A program made the position numbers and the translations under genes. Below the pieces are notes generated by a model. It was not told the origin of the DNA, made no database searches, and saw nothing but the letters and a program-made list of their open reading frames with translations. A stretch of DNA of 64,000 bases, from NCBI RefSeq assembly GCF_028368995.1, contig NZ_JAQNDL010000001.1, positions 3,456,001 to 3,520,000 of the forward strand, read 5' to 3'. Shown here in pieces: positions 20,745 through 30,672 of this stretch (positions are counted from its first letter, which is position 1; every line of letters begins with the position of its first letter). This DNA comes from Nannocystis bainbridge (GTDB taxonomy: Bacteria > Myxococcota_A > Polyangia > Nannocystales > Nannocystaceae).

Positions 20745-21989
20745 TCAGGCCGCGCTCTGGCGCGCCACGCGGGTGCGCAGGCTGGTCGGCAGCGAGGCGA
20801 TCGCCTGCACCAACTCCTGCAGCTGCGGGTCGCTGTGGCCCAGCGGGACATCGACCAGCAGCAGGCCGATCGAGGCCACCGTCGCCAGGCTCTGGCCGGT
20901 GATGTTGACCTGCGAATCGCCGAGCACGCGGTTGATCTTCGAGAGCACGCCGGGGACGTTGCGGTGGACGTTGACGATCCGGCTGCCCGAGCGCACCGGG
21001 CCGGCGTCGAGCAGCGGCATGGTGACGCCGCCGAGGGTGGCGCCGTTGTCGAGGAAATGCGACAGCGAGACCGCGACCTCGCGGCCGATGCTGGCCTGCG
21101 CCTCCTCGGTCGAGCCGCCGATGTGGGGCGTCAAGATCACGCTGTCGAGGCCGCGCAGCGGGCTGTCGAACACGTCGCCGGCGCGCGACGGCTCGCTGGG
21201 GAACACGTCGATCGCCGCGCCGCCGAGGTGGCCGGCGACCAGGGCGTCGCGCAGCGCGTCGATGTCGACCACGCCGCCGCGCGAGGCGTTGATGAGCGCC
21301 GCGCCGCGCCGCATCGCCGCGATCTCGTCCGTGCCGATCATGCCGCGCGTGTGCTCGGTGTCGGGCACGTGCAGGCTGACGAAATCGCTGAGCGACAGCA
21401 GCTCCATCAGGTTGACGCACGGCTGGGCGTTGCCGAGCGGCAACTTCGAGAGGATGTCGTGGTAGCGGACCTTCATGCCCAGCGACTCGGCGAGCACGCT
21501 GAGCTGGCTGCCGATGTGGCCGTAACCGACGATCCCGAGCGTCTTGCCGCGGACCTCGTGGCTGCCGTCGGCGCTCTTGTGCCACAGCCCGCGGTGACAG
21601 GCCGCGCTGCGGGCGAAGGTCTGGCGCGCCAGCATGATCACCTCGCCGAGCACCAGCTCGGCGACCGAGCGGGTGTTGCTGAACGGCGCGTTGAACACCG
21701 CGACCCCGCCGGCCTGCGCAGCCGCCAGATCGATCTGGTCGGTGCCGATACAAAAAGCGCCGACCGCCTCGAGCCGCGGCACCGCCGCGAACACCTGCGC
21801 AGGCACCCGCGTCTTGCTGCGAATGCCCAGGATCAGCGGGCCGTCCTGCGGCATCGCCTGCAACGCCTCGATCAACTGCGCCTCGCCGAGCGCCCCGGGC
21901 ACCGGATGGACGACGACGCCGCGCCGGGCGAACTCCTCGTGCGCGGTGGTGTGGATGTTCTCGAGCAGCAGGGCGTGCGGGCTGTTCAC
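20745..21989 (-). CDS. serA: D-3-phosphoglycerate dehydrogenase with ACT domain
   Basis: LLLENIH, GIRSKT, FCIGTDQID, NAPFSNTRSVAE, GIVGYGHIG, TPHIGGSTEEAQ, HRNVPGVL; GTG start at 21989. Confidence 0.96.
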   Translation of the reverse strand: MNSPHALLLENIHTTAHEEFARRGVVVHPVPGALGEAQLIEALQAMPQDGPLILGIRSKTRVPAQVFAAVPRLEAVGAFCIGTDQIDLAAAQAGGVAVFNAPFSNTRSVAELVLGEVIMLARQTFARSAACHRGLWHKSADGSHEVRGKTLGIVGYGHIGSQLSVLAESLGMKVRYHDILSKLPLGNAQPCVNLMELLSLSDFVSLHVPDTEHTRGMIGTDEIAAMRRGAALINASRGGVVDIDALRDALVAGHLGGAAIDVFPSEPSRAGDVFDSPLRGLDSVILTPHIGGSTEEAQASIGREVAVSLSHFLDNGATLGGVTMPLLDAGPVRSGSRIVNVHRNVPGVLSKINRVLGDSQVNITGQSLATVASIGLLLVDVPLGHSDPQLQELVQAIASLPTSLRTRVARQSAA

Positions 21990-22119
21990 GGCGCGCACGA
22001 TGCCCGAGCCCCGCGGAGGTCGCAACTCGCCGCCCACGGGCCGCTGGAGGCCCGAAAACGGCCGCGCGAGCCGATCGGCGAGCGGCGACGCGAGGGCCGA
22101 CGCGGCGCCGCGAGCGAAG

Positions 22120-22433
22120 CGCATCGAGGATGCGTGCGATCCCCGGCAGCTCGCGCGGGTGATGCAGGGCCGCGGCGCGTCGAGCATGCGTGCTCTCCCC
22201 GGCACCTCCGGCGGCTCGTGCGGATGATGTTCGGCCGCGGCGCGTCGAGCATGCGTGCTCTCCCCGGCACATCCGGCGGCTCGTGCGGGTGATGCAGGGC
22301 CGCGGCGCGTCGAGCATGCGTGCGATCCCCGGCACCTCCGGCGGCTCGTGCGGATGATGTTCGGCCGCGGCGCGTCGAGCATGCGTGCTCTCCCCGGCAC
22401 CTCCGGCGGCTCGTGCGGGTGATGCACGGCCGC
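22120..22433. repeat. 65-bp tandem repeat (~4.5 copies, alternating A/B variants)
   Basis: CATG of gagcatgcgtgc at 22185, 22250, 22315, 22380. Confidence 0.92.
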
Positions 22434-22711
22434 GAGTCATCGAGGCGGTCTGAAAAGATGAAAGCGTCACGCCCCTCGCGGTGCTCCTCCGGTGCCGTCG
22501 GGCGATCGGCGGTGAGGCTCGGCGCGTGGTTCGAGGCGATCCGCGTCGCTCTGCGCCGATGCGACGATCCTCGTGCGCTCGCGGAGCCGTCGGCCCTTTG
22601 CAGCGCTCGCGTCACGCTGCGGGACGCGATCTCCACCGGCGCAAACTCGCGGACCGGCGCCGCGGGGCGGCCTGGCGTCGCGCGCACGTCTTTGCTAGGC
22701 CTGTCGGCCTG

Positions 22712-24187
22712 TTGTTCGACAAAGGCAAGCTTCACCGGCTGCAGCGCGCGCTCAAGCCTCATCTCGCCCACGGCTGGGAGCGGGCGGTGTTCGCCGCGCC
22801 GCAGGGCGAAGGCGGGGCGGAGCGGGCGGAGCGAGTGCTGGCCGGGCCGGGCATCGGCGTCGCGCCGAGCGCCGCGCAGGTCGACGCGCTGCTCGCCGCG
22901 GCTGGCGAGGCGGCGGGCGCCGGCTTGTGGAAGCAGACCCTCGTGCTCGACGCGCGCCGGCGGGTGCAGGTCGACGCGCGCCACGGCCGGGCCACCACCC
23001 GCACGCTCGACGAGGACACCGCGCTGAAGGTCATGGGCGGCAAGGAGCGCGCGCTGCGGCCCGACACCAGCGCGGCGCTGCTGCGGGAGATCGGGATCAT
23101 GAACGCCGACGGCAGCATCTCGGCGACGCATGCCCGCAAGTACAAGCAGATCTGCCACCTGGCGACGCTGTGCGAGCCGGTGATCGATCGCCTGGCGACG
23201 ACGCGAGCGATCGGGCCGCAGACGCCCCTGCGCGCGCTCGACCTCGCGTGCGGCAACGCGTACCTGAGCTTCGTGCTCGCCGAGGTGCTGCGCCTGCGCG
23301 GCGTGCCGCTGCGCCTGCACGGGGTCGATGTGCGCGCCGATCTGGTCGACCGCAGCCGGGCCCGCGCCCAGGCGCTCGGGCTCGCGAATGGCGATCCCTC
23401 GCCGGCCGACGGCGCGGCGCCGCCTTCGCCCGTTGAGGCTCGGCCTTCGCCCGGTGATGCTCGGCCGTCGCCCGGTGATGCTGGGCCGTCGCCCGATGAT
23501 GCTCGGCCTTCGCCCGATGATGCTCGGCCGTCGCCCGGTGATGCTGGGCCTTCGTCGGTTGAGGCTCGGCCGTCGCCCGGTGATGCTCGGCCGTCGCCCG
23601 GTGATGCTCGGCCGTCGCCCGGTGATGCTCGGCCTTCGCCGGTTGATGCTCGGCTCGTCGGTCTGTCGTTCGCGCGGGCCGACATCGCCGGCGCGGCGCG
23701 CACGGCTCCGGCGCAGCTCGGCGGGGTGCCGGATCTGGTGCTCGCCTTGCATGCCTGCGACACCGCCACCGACGAGGCGATCGCGCTGGCGATCCAGCTC
23801 GGCGCGCCGGCGCTGCTCAGCGTGCCGTGCTGTCAGGCCGAGCTCGCGGCGCAGCTGGCCCGCGCGGCCGCCTCGGCGCAGCCGCTGGCGGCGATGGTCG
23901 ACCACGGCCTGCTGCGGCGGGCCTACGCGGATGTCTTGACCGATAGCCTGCGCGTCGCCGCGCTCGAGGCGTGCGGCTACGAGGTGACGGTGCTCGAGTT
24001 CGTCGGCGGCGAGCACACGCCGAAGAACCTGCTGATCAAGGCCCACCGCCGGCACCCCCGCGCCCCGGTCGAGCCGCGGCGGTGGCGGCTGGAGCCGCTG
24101 CAGGCCCGATGCGAGGCGCTCGGCGTGCAGCCCGACCTGCTGCGGCGGCTCTCGGCGCTGCAGGCGAGCTCTTCGCCTGACGCTTGA
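22712..24187 (+). CDS. Class I SAM-dependent methyltransferase (Methyltransf_32-like) with internal heptapeptide repeat; start uncertain
   Basis: KYKQI, LDLACGNAYLSF, GVD, LHACDTATDEA, PCCQ, EFV..EHTPKNLLI. Confidence 0.85.
   Translation: MFDKGKLHRLQRALKPHLAHGWERAVFAAPQGEGGAERAERVLAGPGIGVAPSAAQVDALLAAAGEAAGAGLWKQTLVLDARRRVQVDARHGRATTRTLDEDTALKVMGGKERALRPDTSAALLREIGIMNADGSISATHARKYKQICHLATLCEPVIDRLATTRAIGPQTPLRALDLACGNAYLSFVLAEVLRLRGVPLRLHGVDVRADLVDRSRARAQALGLANGDPSPADGAAPPSPVEARPSPGDARPSPGDAGPSPDDARPSPDDARPSPGDAGPSSVEARPSPGDARPSPGDARPSPGDARPSPVDARLVGLSFARADIAGAARTAPAQLGGVPDLVLALHACDTATDEAIALAIQLGAPALLSVPCCQAELAAQLARAAASAQPLAAMVDHGLLRRAYADVLTDSLRVAALEACGYEVTVLEFVGGEHTPKNLLIKAHRRHPRAPVEPRRWRLEPLQARCEALGVQPDLLRRLSALQASSSPDA
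23423..23653 (+). repeat. In-frame 21-bp tandem repeat x11 (PSPGDAR)
   Basis: ccgtcgcccggtgatgctcgg units; protein PSPVEAR/PSPGDAR/PSPDDAR. Confidence 0.93.
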
Positions 24188-25098
24188 ATTTTCGACCAGC
24201 GGTCGAAAACTGGAGCGGCAGCTCGGCCCGGAGTGCTGGCGCAGACGGCGGTCTCGCGCCCATTTTGCCGCCAATCGACGCCATGGCGACTCCTGAGAGC
24301 CTTTCGCCGGGCGCATGCCTTCAAAACGGCTTGCTGAACCGCGAAAAGGTCATTCTGGACGTCGAGCCGTCGCCAAATGGCTCTCTGATGAGCGGAACAG
24401 CCTTTCCGCGGAACTCGTCCGAGCCTGAGCCCAACTGCGCGCTATCGCCCGGAATGACGAGCGATCCGCCAGGCAGAATGGCCATGCAACGATCGAGATC
24501 GCGCCTGTGAAACTGCGGATAAAGCGCTTTCAGCGTAGATCACAGAATTCAGATTATTTTCGACCTTCGGTCTGAAAATCGTTTTTTAGTCGATTTGCCG
24601 ATCTCCCAATTAACAAAATGGGTTTTACCCGCGCCATCCCAGAAGTTGCCTGTCAAAGGGCGTTTTCGAGCACACGGGCTGGCACGAGCCAGGCGGCACC
24701 GGGATGCGAAGGACAGCGGGTGCGGGATTTCCGCTTGCCACAGCACCCGTACCTGTCGACCGAAACCACCACCTGAGCCCGTACTCGCCGGCCGGCACCG
24801 AGGCCGGAGCCCCGCCGCCGCTTATTGACCCCCGCGACCACGGCTTCGAGGACTGGACGCTCAACTCCACCGAGGGGCCCACGCGGACGACCCGCCTGTC
24901 GTCCTCCGCGAGCCCTCCTCGCCTCCCCTCCCCAGTTCCCTGGAAGGACCGGCTCAAGGACGGCTGACGCACCACGCCTCGGGGCGACCCCAGCGCGACC
25001 GACGATCGGACCACCCCGTCGCCGCCTGCTCGCGGAATCGGAACTCTCACTGGGTCCCACCGACCGGAGGCCCCCTCTGCCCTTTCGGACAGCCGGCC

Positions 25099-26064
25099 TC
25101 AGCTCGGCCGCTGGGCCAGCAGCACTTCGGACAGCGGCCGGCGCGGCGTCGGCGGCGTGTCGGCGCCGCCGCCGAGGCGGACCAGCGCTTGCGCGCGGCC
25201 GGTCGCTCCGACCAGGCTCGCCAGCTGCTTGCGGCCGGCGGCGTCGGCCAGCGGCAGGTGCAGGAAGCTGCCCCAGGCGTGGTCGACCCGGGCGCGCAGC
25301 AGCACGCGCATCAGCGCCTGGCCGGCGCGCAGCCACTCGGCCGGCTCGTCGCCCTCGGTGGTCACGAGCACGAACGCCGGCGACCCGTCGGCGATCGCCT
25401 GCCCGCGGGCCTCGCCGCCGTCGGGGCCCTCGAAGCTGACCCCGGGCTCCCCGGCCGCGGCGCGAGCGGCCGTCCGGGCGCTCGGCTCGCCGGCGATGGC
25501 CGCCTCGACGGCCGCCGCGATGGCTTGCCTTCGGGCCATGTCCTCCACCACATGGTACTCGGCACCTGTCCCATCGACCATGTGCTTGAGCCGCCGCGCC
25601 AGCGCCCGCGACAGCGGCCCCTGGGCCATCACCCCGCGGTAGGTGCGGCGCTTGGGCGCGGCCTGATACAGCCACTGCTCCTCGGGCAGCGGGCTCGCGC
25701 GGCCGCCCACCGCCACGCGCGCCAGCAGGTCGGGGTGGCCGCCGGGCAGCAGCGCCGTCTGCTCGTCGAGGCCGAGCGCGCGCAGGGTCACCCGCAGGCC
25801 CGCCAGCGCCGCGCCGCAGGCCAGCGCCGCCGCTTGACCCTCGGGGTCGGCCTCGCCCCCGGCGCGCGCCGGATCGGCGTACAGCTCGATCACCTCGCCG
25901 CCGACGAACCACCGCCACGGCTGGGCGTTGCCGGGCGACGGGGCCGTCAGCGCGGTGTGCAGCGCCAGCTCGATGCGCGCGCGCGGGCCCGCTTCGGGCG
26001 CCAGGGCCGAGCCGGCCAGCGTCCACGGGTCGGCGTCGCGCGCCAGGTCCGGCGCCTGGATCAC
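25099..26064 (-). CDS. Acg-like nitroreductase-family FMN-binding protein
   Basis: APSPGNAQPW, ACGAAL, RRTYR, WLRAGQALMRVLL, LVRLG...TPRRP; GTG start overlaps the upstream TGA (GTGA). Confidence 0.85.
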   Translation of the reverse strand: MIQAPDLARDADPWTLAGSALAPEAGPRARIELALHTALTAPSPGNAQPWRWFVGGEVIELYADPARAGGEADPEGQAAALACGAALAGLRVTLRALGLDEQTALLPGGHPDLLARVAVGGRASPLPEEQWLYQAAPKRRTYRGVMAQGPLSRALARRLKHMVDGTGAEYHVVEDMARRQAIAAAVEAAIAGEPSARTAARAAAGEPGVSFEGPDGGEARGQAIADGSPAFVLVTTEGDEPAEWLRAGQALMRVLLRARVDHAWGSFLHLPLADAAGRKQLASLVGATGRAQALVRLGGGADTPPTPRRPLSEVLLAQRPS

Positions 26065-27794
26065 CCGCCCTCCGCTTCGGTGCGCAGCCGGGCGATCTCG
26101 GCGGTGAAGATCCGGCGCACGATCGCCGCGGCGCACGCTGAAGTGGCCTCGACCCCGAAGTACGACAAGCTCTTCGAAAGCAAGCTCTGGCGCCGCGAGT
26201 ACGGCGTATCCGACGCGTAGTGCAGCACCCCGACGTCGAAGCCCACCGAGTTGGTGAGGTGCACGATCTCGTCGTTCGGATGGCGCTGCGGGTTGCACAG
26301 CTCGTACACCGCCGACAGGTACGGCCCGGCCTCCATCTCGAGCACCGTGTAGCCCTCGCGGTAGAACACGCTCATGTACTCGCGGTTCTGCAAGAAGGCG
26401 CCGCGCACCGTGAGCGCCTTTTGATTGTCGAGCACCGTGCCGACGCGGATGTAGGGCTGGACGTCGGCGGCGACGAAGGCGTTGCGGAACAGGTAGGTGT
26501 TGCGCGAGTGCTCGTCCTGGACCACCGACGAGATCATCACGTCGCCGACGCGGCCGTTGAGGGTGGCCGCCTTGCCCATGACGTAGACCCCGCGGATCTC
26601 GTTGGAGCCCTGGCCGGCGCGCGACAGGTGGTGATAGGCCGCCATGCCGAGCGGGTAATCGATGTTGATGATCACCGCGTCGCTGCGGGCCAGCAGGTGG
26701 AGGTCGTCGACGCGCAGGCGCGGGTCGAGGCGCTCGGGGCGGATCTGCGCGAGGTCGAAGATCTGGGCGTTGACGTCGATCTTGCCGGGCACGTCGATCG
26801 AGGTGATGCCGCCGTCGGCCTCGAACTGCTGGACCTCGGCCAGCCGCGCCGAGTCCTCGTGGAGGAACGCGCGCAGCAGGTAGTAGCTGAGGTTGTTGAC
26901 CTCGGCCTCGTCGCCGCTGTCGAGCGCGCGGGCGAAGTGCCGCGCCAGGTCCTCCGGGTTGCGGCGGCGGGCGAAGTCGAGGATCGCCTCGCGGTGCTGG
27001 CGGGCGTAGCCGCCGACCAGGTTGAGCAGCGAGTGCGTGTTGGACGAGACGAAGTAGATCGGCGGGCGCCGCGGCTTGCGCTCGCGGACCAGGCTCGGCT
27101 CGATGCCCGACCACCAGCGCTGGACCGAGCGCTGGTACTGCGAATACGAGCCCGTCAGCACCCGCATCGAAAGGTCGCACGGCACCTGGGCGATCGCCTG
27201 CAGCGCGGCGAACCAGCCGGTGTCGAGCGCGGCGATCAGCGTGCGCACGCCGTCGGCGTCGAGGCCGAGCAGGCGCGCGAGCTCGGCGTGGTCGACCTCG
27301 GCCGCCGTGAGCGCATCGTCCTCGCGCAGGCGCCGGCCCAGCTCCGCGTTGGCGAGCAGGCTGTGCATCTGGTTCCACACGATCTGGTAGGTCGTGACGA
27401 TCGGGACCAGGTCGTCGATGTCGCTGGTGCTCGAGATGAACGCGCACAGCGTCTTGTTGCCGTCGAAGCGCAGCGGCCGGCGGCGCCCGCGGGTCTGGAC
27501 CCGCTGCCACGCGCTGACTTCGAAGCCGTTGGCCTCGAAGGTCTCGTGCGACTGGCCGAGCACGAGCTTCTGCACCTGCGGCATGCAGGCCGGCAGGCGC
27601 GCCGCGCTGTAGGCGAACGCGGCGACGTCGGGCACGCCCGTGCGCGCGCCCGGGTGCAGGCTCGAGTCGCTGAACGCGTGCGCCTCTTCGAACGCGCGCA
27701 CCCACACCTCGCCGGAGCTGCGCAGCAGCGAGTAGTAAGTGCGGATGTAGAGGTCGATCTCGTCGCTGGTGGTGCGGGGCCGCTGGCGGTCCAT
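26061..27794 (-). CDS. Conserved hypothetical protein (DUF6909-like; C-terminal nucleoside-phosphorylase-like fold)
   Basis: EIDLYIRTYYSLLRSSG N-terminus; NIDYPLG, GKAATLNG, EMEAGPYL, YASDTP. Confidence 0.7.
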   Translation of the reverse strand: MDRQRPRTTSDEIDLYIRTYYSLLRSSGEVWVRAFEEAHAFSDSSLHPGARTGVPDVAAFAYSAARLPACMPQVQKLVLGQSHETFEANGFEVSAWQRVQTRGRRRPLRFDGNKTLCAFISSTSDIDDLVPIVTTYQIVWNQMHSLLANAELGRRLREDDALTAAEVDHAELARLLGLDADGVRTLIAALDTGWFAALQAIAQVPCDLSMRVLTGSYSQYQRSVQRWWSGIEPSLVRERKPRRPPIYFVSSNTHSLLNLVGGYARQHREAILDFARRRNPEDLARHFARALDSGDEAEVNNLSYYLLRAFLHEDSARLAEVQQFEADGGITSIDVPGKIDVNAQIFDLAQIRPERLDPRLRVDDLHLLARSDAVIINIDYPLGMAAYHHLSRAGQGSNEIRGVYVMGKAATLNGRVGDVMISSVVQDEHSRNTYLFRNAFVAADVQPYIRVGTVLDNQKALTVRGAFLQNREYMSVFYREGYTVLEMEAGPYLSAVYELCNPQRHPNDEIVHLTNSVGFDVGVLHYASDTPYSRRQSLLSKSLSYFGVEATSACAAAIVRRIFTAEIARLRTEAEGG

Positions 27795-27807
27795 GGCTCG
27801 AACGTCC

Positions 27808-29010
27808 TTATCCGTGGCCGAGCGCGACGTCGACGGCGTCGAGCACGAACGGTACCTCGTCGGTGTGGTTGGGCCAGTGCGGGGCGAACCGCAGCAGGCC
27901 GTCGGGGGTGGAGCAGGCGACGCCGCGGTCGGCGAGCTCGCGCTGGAGCCCGAGCACGTCGCCGGGGTTGGGCGGCAGCACGCTGAGGATGCACGAGCGG
28001 GCCGCCGGGTCGCGCGAGCGCAGGCTGACGAACCCGCGGGCGATGAGGCCCGCCTCGAGCAGGTCGAGGTAGGCCTGCACGTGGGTCCACACCGCCTCCG
28101 GCCCGAGCTGGGCCAGCAGGCCGATCGCGGCCTCGAGCGCGGCGCAGCCGACGGTGTTGCCGGCGCCGCCCTCGATGAAGTCGGCGGTGCGGCGGATCGG
28201 TCGGTCGTAACGCAGGTGACCTGCCCCTTCCATCAGGAACCGAAGGCCATCCTCGTGGCTCAACCAGCCGGCGACGCGCGGCCGCAGTTCGCCCAGCCGC
28301 TCGGGGCGGACGTAGAGGAAGCCGAGGCCCTCGCAGCCCATCAGCCACTTGTGGCCGCCGACGCTGAGGTAGTCGATGCGGGCCTCGCGGACGTCGAGCG
28401 GGACGGCCCCGACGGCCTGGATGCCGTCGACGAACAGCTCGGCGCCGGCGGCGTGGCACAGGTCGGCCATGGCCGCGAGCGGCATGCGCAGGCCGCTCTG
28501 GAACTGCACCGCCGACACGGCGACCAGGCGGACCCCGCCGGCCGCGAGGGCCGCCTGCAGGGCCGCCAGGCCCTCGGCCGGCGAGCGCACGAAGTCGGCC
28601 AGCGGCAGCATCTCGACCGACAGGCCGAACAGCTCGGACGCCTGCTGCCACGGGGTGACGTTGGCCGGGAACTCGCCCTGGAACAGCAGCACCCGCTCAC
28701 CTGGCTTCCAGGACATGCACAAAGCGACATCCGTGACGCCGCGGGTGGTGTTGGTGATGAGGGCGATGTCGGTCGTCTCGGCGCCGATGAACCCGGCGAT
28801 CGCGGCGCGCAGGCGGGCCCGCTGCTGAATCCACGTGGGGATCACGCCGGCGCCGCGGCGGGCGTAGTCGTTGGCGACCGCGGCCGTCGCGGCCTGGACC
28901 GGCGCCGACCAGGGCGACACCGCGGCATGGTTGAGGTACGCCCGCGGCTGGAGGTCGGGGAACAGGCTGCGGTCGCCGAGGCGCGCAATGGGCAGAGTCG
29001 GAGTCGTCAA
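27808..29010 (-). CDS. Aminotransferase class V PLP enzyme (cysteine desulfurase/kynureninase-like)
   Basis: YLNHAAVSP, NTT, EFPANV, VDGIQAVG, GGHKWLMG (PLP Lys), LRFAPHWPN; start approximate. Confidence 0.9.
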   Translation of the reverse strand: MTTPTLPIARLGDRSLFPDLQPRAYLNHAAVSPWSAPVQAATAAVANDYARRGAGVIPTWIQQRARLRAAIAGFIGAETTDIALITNTTRGVTDVALCMSWKPGERVLLFQGEFPANVTPWQQASELFGLSVEMLPLADFVRSPAEGLAALQAALAAGGVRLVAVSAVQFQSGLRMPLAAMADLCHAAGAELFVDGIQAVGAVPLDVREARIDYLSVGGHKWLMGCEGLGFLYVRPERLGELRPRVAGWLSHEDGLRFLMEGAGHLRYDRPIRRTADFIEGGAGNTVGCAALEAAIGLLAQLGPEAVWTHVQAYLDLLEAGLIARGFVSLRSRDPAARSCILSVLPPNPGDVLGLQRELADRGVACSTPDGLLRFAPHWPNHTDEVPFVLDAVDVALGHG

Positions 29011-29229
29011 GGGCCGGCTGACGGTAGCAGACGCCCGCAGCCGTGGCGACCCCGGGAAAACGCCCGGGCGCGGAGGCCAGGGGCCGCGAGCGACAGGTCG
29101 CCGGCTCGCCGCTGCCGGCACGGGCGGTCACGAGCGGCCAGGCGTCTCGGACCTGCCCGGAGAGACAGATCGGCGGCTCGCCGCGCCCGGGGCCGTCGCC
29201 CCCGGGCCTGCCGCCCCTCGCGTGCGCGC

Positions 29230-30048
29230 TCAATCGTCGTCGTCGTCGTCGTGATGGTGCCCGTGCTTATGCTTGTGGTGCTTGTGCTTGTGGTGCTTGG
29301 GCTTGTGGTGCTTGCAGTGGCCGGGCGGCCAGCAGCCGCCGTGGTGGACGTCGATGACGACCGTCGGCGCCTCCCACACGACCACGCCGACGTAGACCGG
29401 GCGCGGCGCGTACAGCCAGCCGTAGAAGCCGCCGCCGCCGGTGACGACGACGACGTCGTTCTTGACCACGATCGGCGCGGTGTAGTCGTACACGATCGTC
29501 TGGTAGCCGATCACCACCGGCGCGTAGGTGGCCTTGACGATCAGCACGTTGGTGGTCTTGTCGGCCGTGAAGTTGACGTAGCCGACGATGACGAAGTTGT
29601 CCTTGTCCTTCTTGGACGAGGGCAGCGCGTGCAGCTCGAACACGATCGTGTCGCCCTGCTTGACCTCGACGATCTGGATCTTGTCGAGCTTGCCGTCGCC
29701 GTCGATGTCGATGCTGTGCAGCTTCTCTTTCGGGCTGTTGAGCTTCTTCTCGAGCGCGTCGGCGTCCTTGACCTTGCCCTTCTTGATCAAGTACGTGACC
29801 GTCTCGAGATCGAGCGCCTCGGGCTTGAGCGTGGCCGCGACGTCGGCCTGGGCCACGACCTTGGCGTCACCGTCGCCGGCCGGCGCGGCCTGGACGGCGA
29901 CCACCGCCTCGCCGCCGGCCGGGGTTGCGACCGCGACGGCGGCCTCGGCCTCGGCCTCGGCCTCGGCCGCTCGCTGGTTGGCGATGATGGCGGCGTCACA
30001 GCCGGCGAGCGCGACGAGGAGCGAGAGGGACAGGAGCGATTTGTGCAC
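29230..30048 (-). CDS. Lipoprotein with DxDxDG loop and His/Lys-rich then poly-Asp C-terminal tail
   Basis: LAGC lipobox, DIDGDGKLD, CWPPGHCKHHKPKHHKHKHHKHKHGHHHDDDDDD. Confidence 0.85.
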   Translation of the reverse strand: MHKSLLSLSLLVALAGCDAAIIANQRAAEAEAEAEAAVAVATPAGGEAVVAVQAAPAGDGDAKVVAQADVAATLKPEALDLETVTYLIKKGKVKDADALEKKLNSPKEKLHSIDIDGDGKLDKIQIVEVKQGDTIVFELHALPSSKKDKDNFVIVGYVNFTADKTTNVLIVKATYAPVVIGYQTIVYDYTAPIVVKNDVVVVTGGGGFYGWLYAPRPVYVGVVVWEAPTVVIDVHHGGCWPPGHCKHHKPKHHKHKHHKHKHGHHHDDDDDD

Positions 30049-30227
30049 GGTCGACCTCGGAGAGGGCTGCATTCGCGCCTTGGACCGACCCGCGGCGCGA
30101 AGTTCCAGGACTATCGGATCGAGGGGACTCCTGGGTCAACCCCGCGCGGAATCCCCGCCGGAACCGCGTGACCTCACGGTGCGACGAGGTCGGACAGACG
30201 GCGACAGACCCGGCCGCGCGGACGAGG

Positions 30228-30554
30228 TTACCTTTGAATCATGTCCTCGGAGACAGGTACTTTAGGACATGACCCAAAGCGCTCGTCGAATTCGGCCCGC
30301 AGGCGCGCGGCCGCAGCCGACGGATCGGGGCACGGGCCGACGCTGGTGCGGCACAGCCACGGCGCCGCGGGGTGCCTCTCGTTCAGCTCGGCGGCGAGGC
30401 CGGCGACGTCGGCGGCGCCCGCGTAGACGACCATCGCGCTCTTGCCTCGCGGGTAGCGGACGAGGCCCTCGCGCAGGCGGACCTGCAGCACACCCGCGGC
30501 GGGCGGCAGGCGAGCCGCGGCCTCGGACAGCGGGACCCAGGGGCCGAACTTCAT
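30228..30554 (-). CDS. Small hypothetical protein (weak GIY-YIG-like pattern)
   Basis: LPPAAGVLQVR...VVYAG...FDERFGSCP; GC3-rich codons. Confidence 0.6.
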   Translation of the reverse strand: MKFGPWVPLSEAAARLPPAAGVLQVRLREGLVRYPRGKSAMVVYAGAADVAGLAAELNERHPAAPWLCRTSVGPCPDPSAAAARLRAEFDERFGSCPKVPVSEDMIQR

Positions 30555-30672
30555 CGCGCCCCAGGATAGCGGAGTGCCGCACCTCGCGAAGCGCCGCAGA
30601 GTGACTGAACCGCGGGCGCTGGGGTCAGGCGGGGGCTTGCCGACAGTCGCGCCCCGGCCTTACGGTGGCGAC

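Noticed and set aside
22120-22433. CRISPR array (also considered for 54447-54736)
   Set aside because: Units repeat in full with no unique spacers, and there are no cas genes in the window.
24700-25095. RNase P, tmRNA, 6S or SRP RNA
   Set aside because: Hallmark motifs (GAGGAAAGTCC, tRNA-like ends) are not found on either strand.
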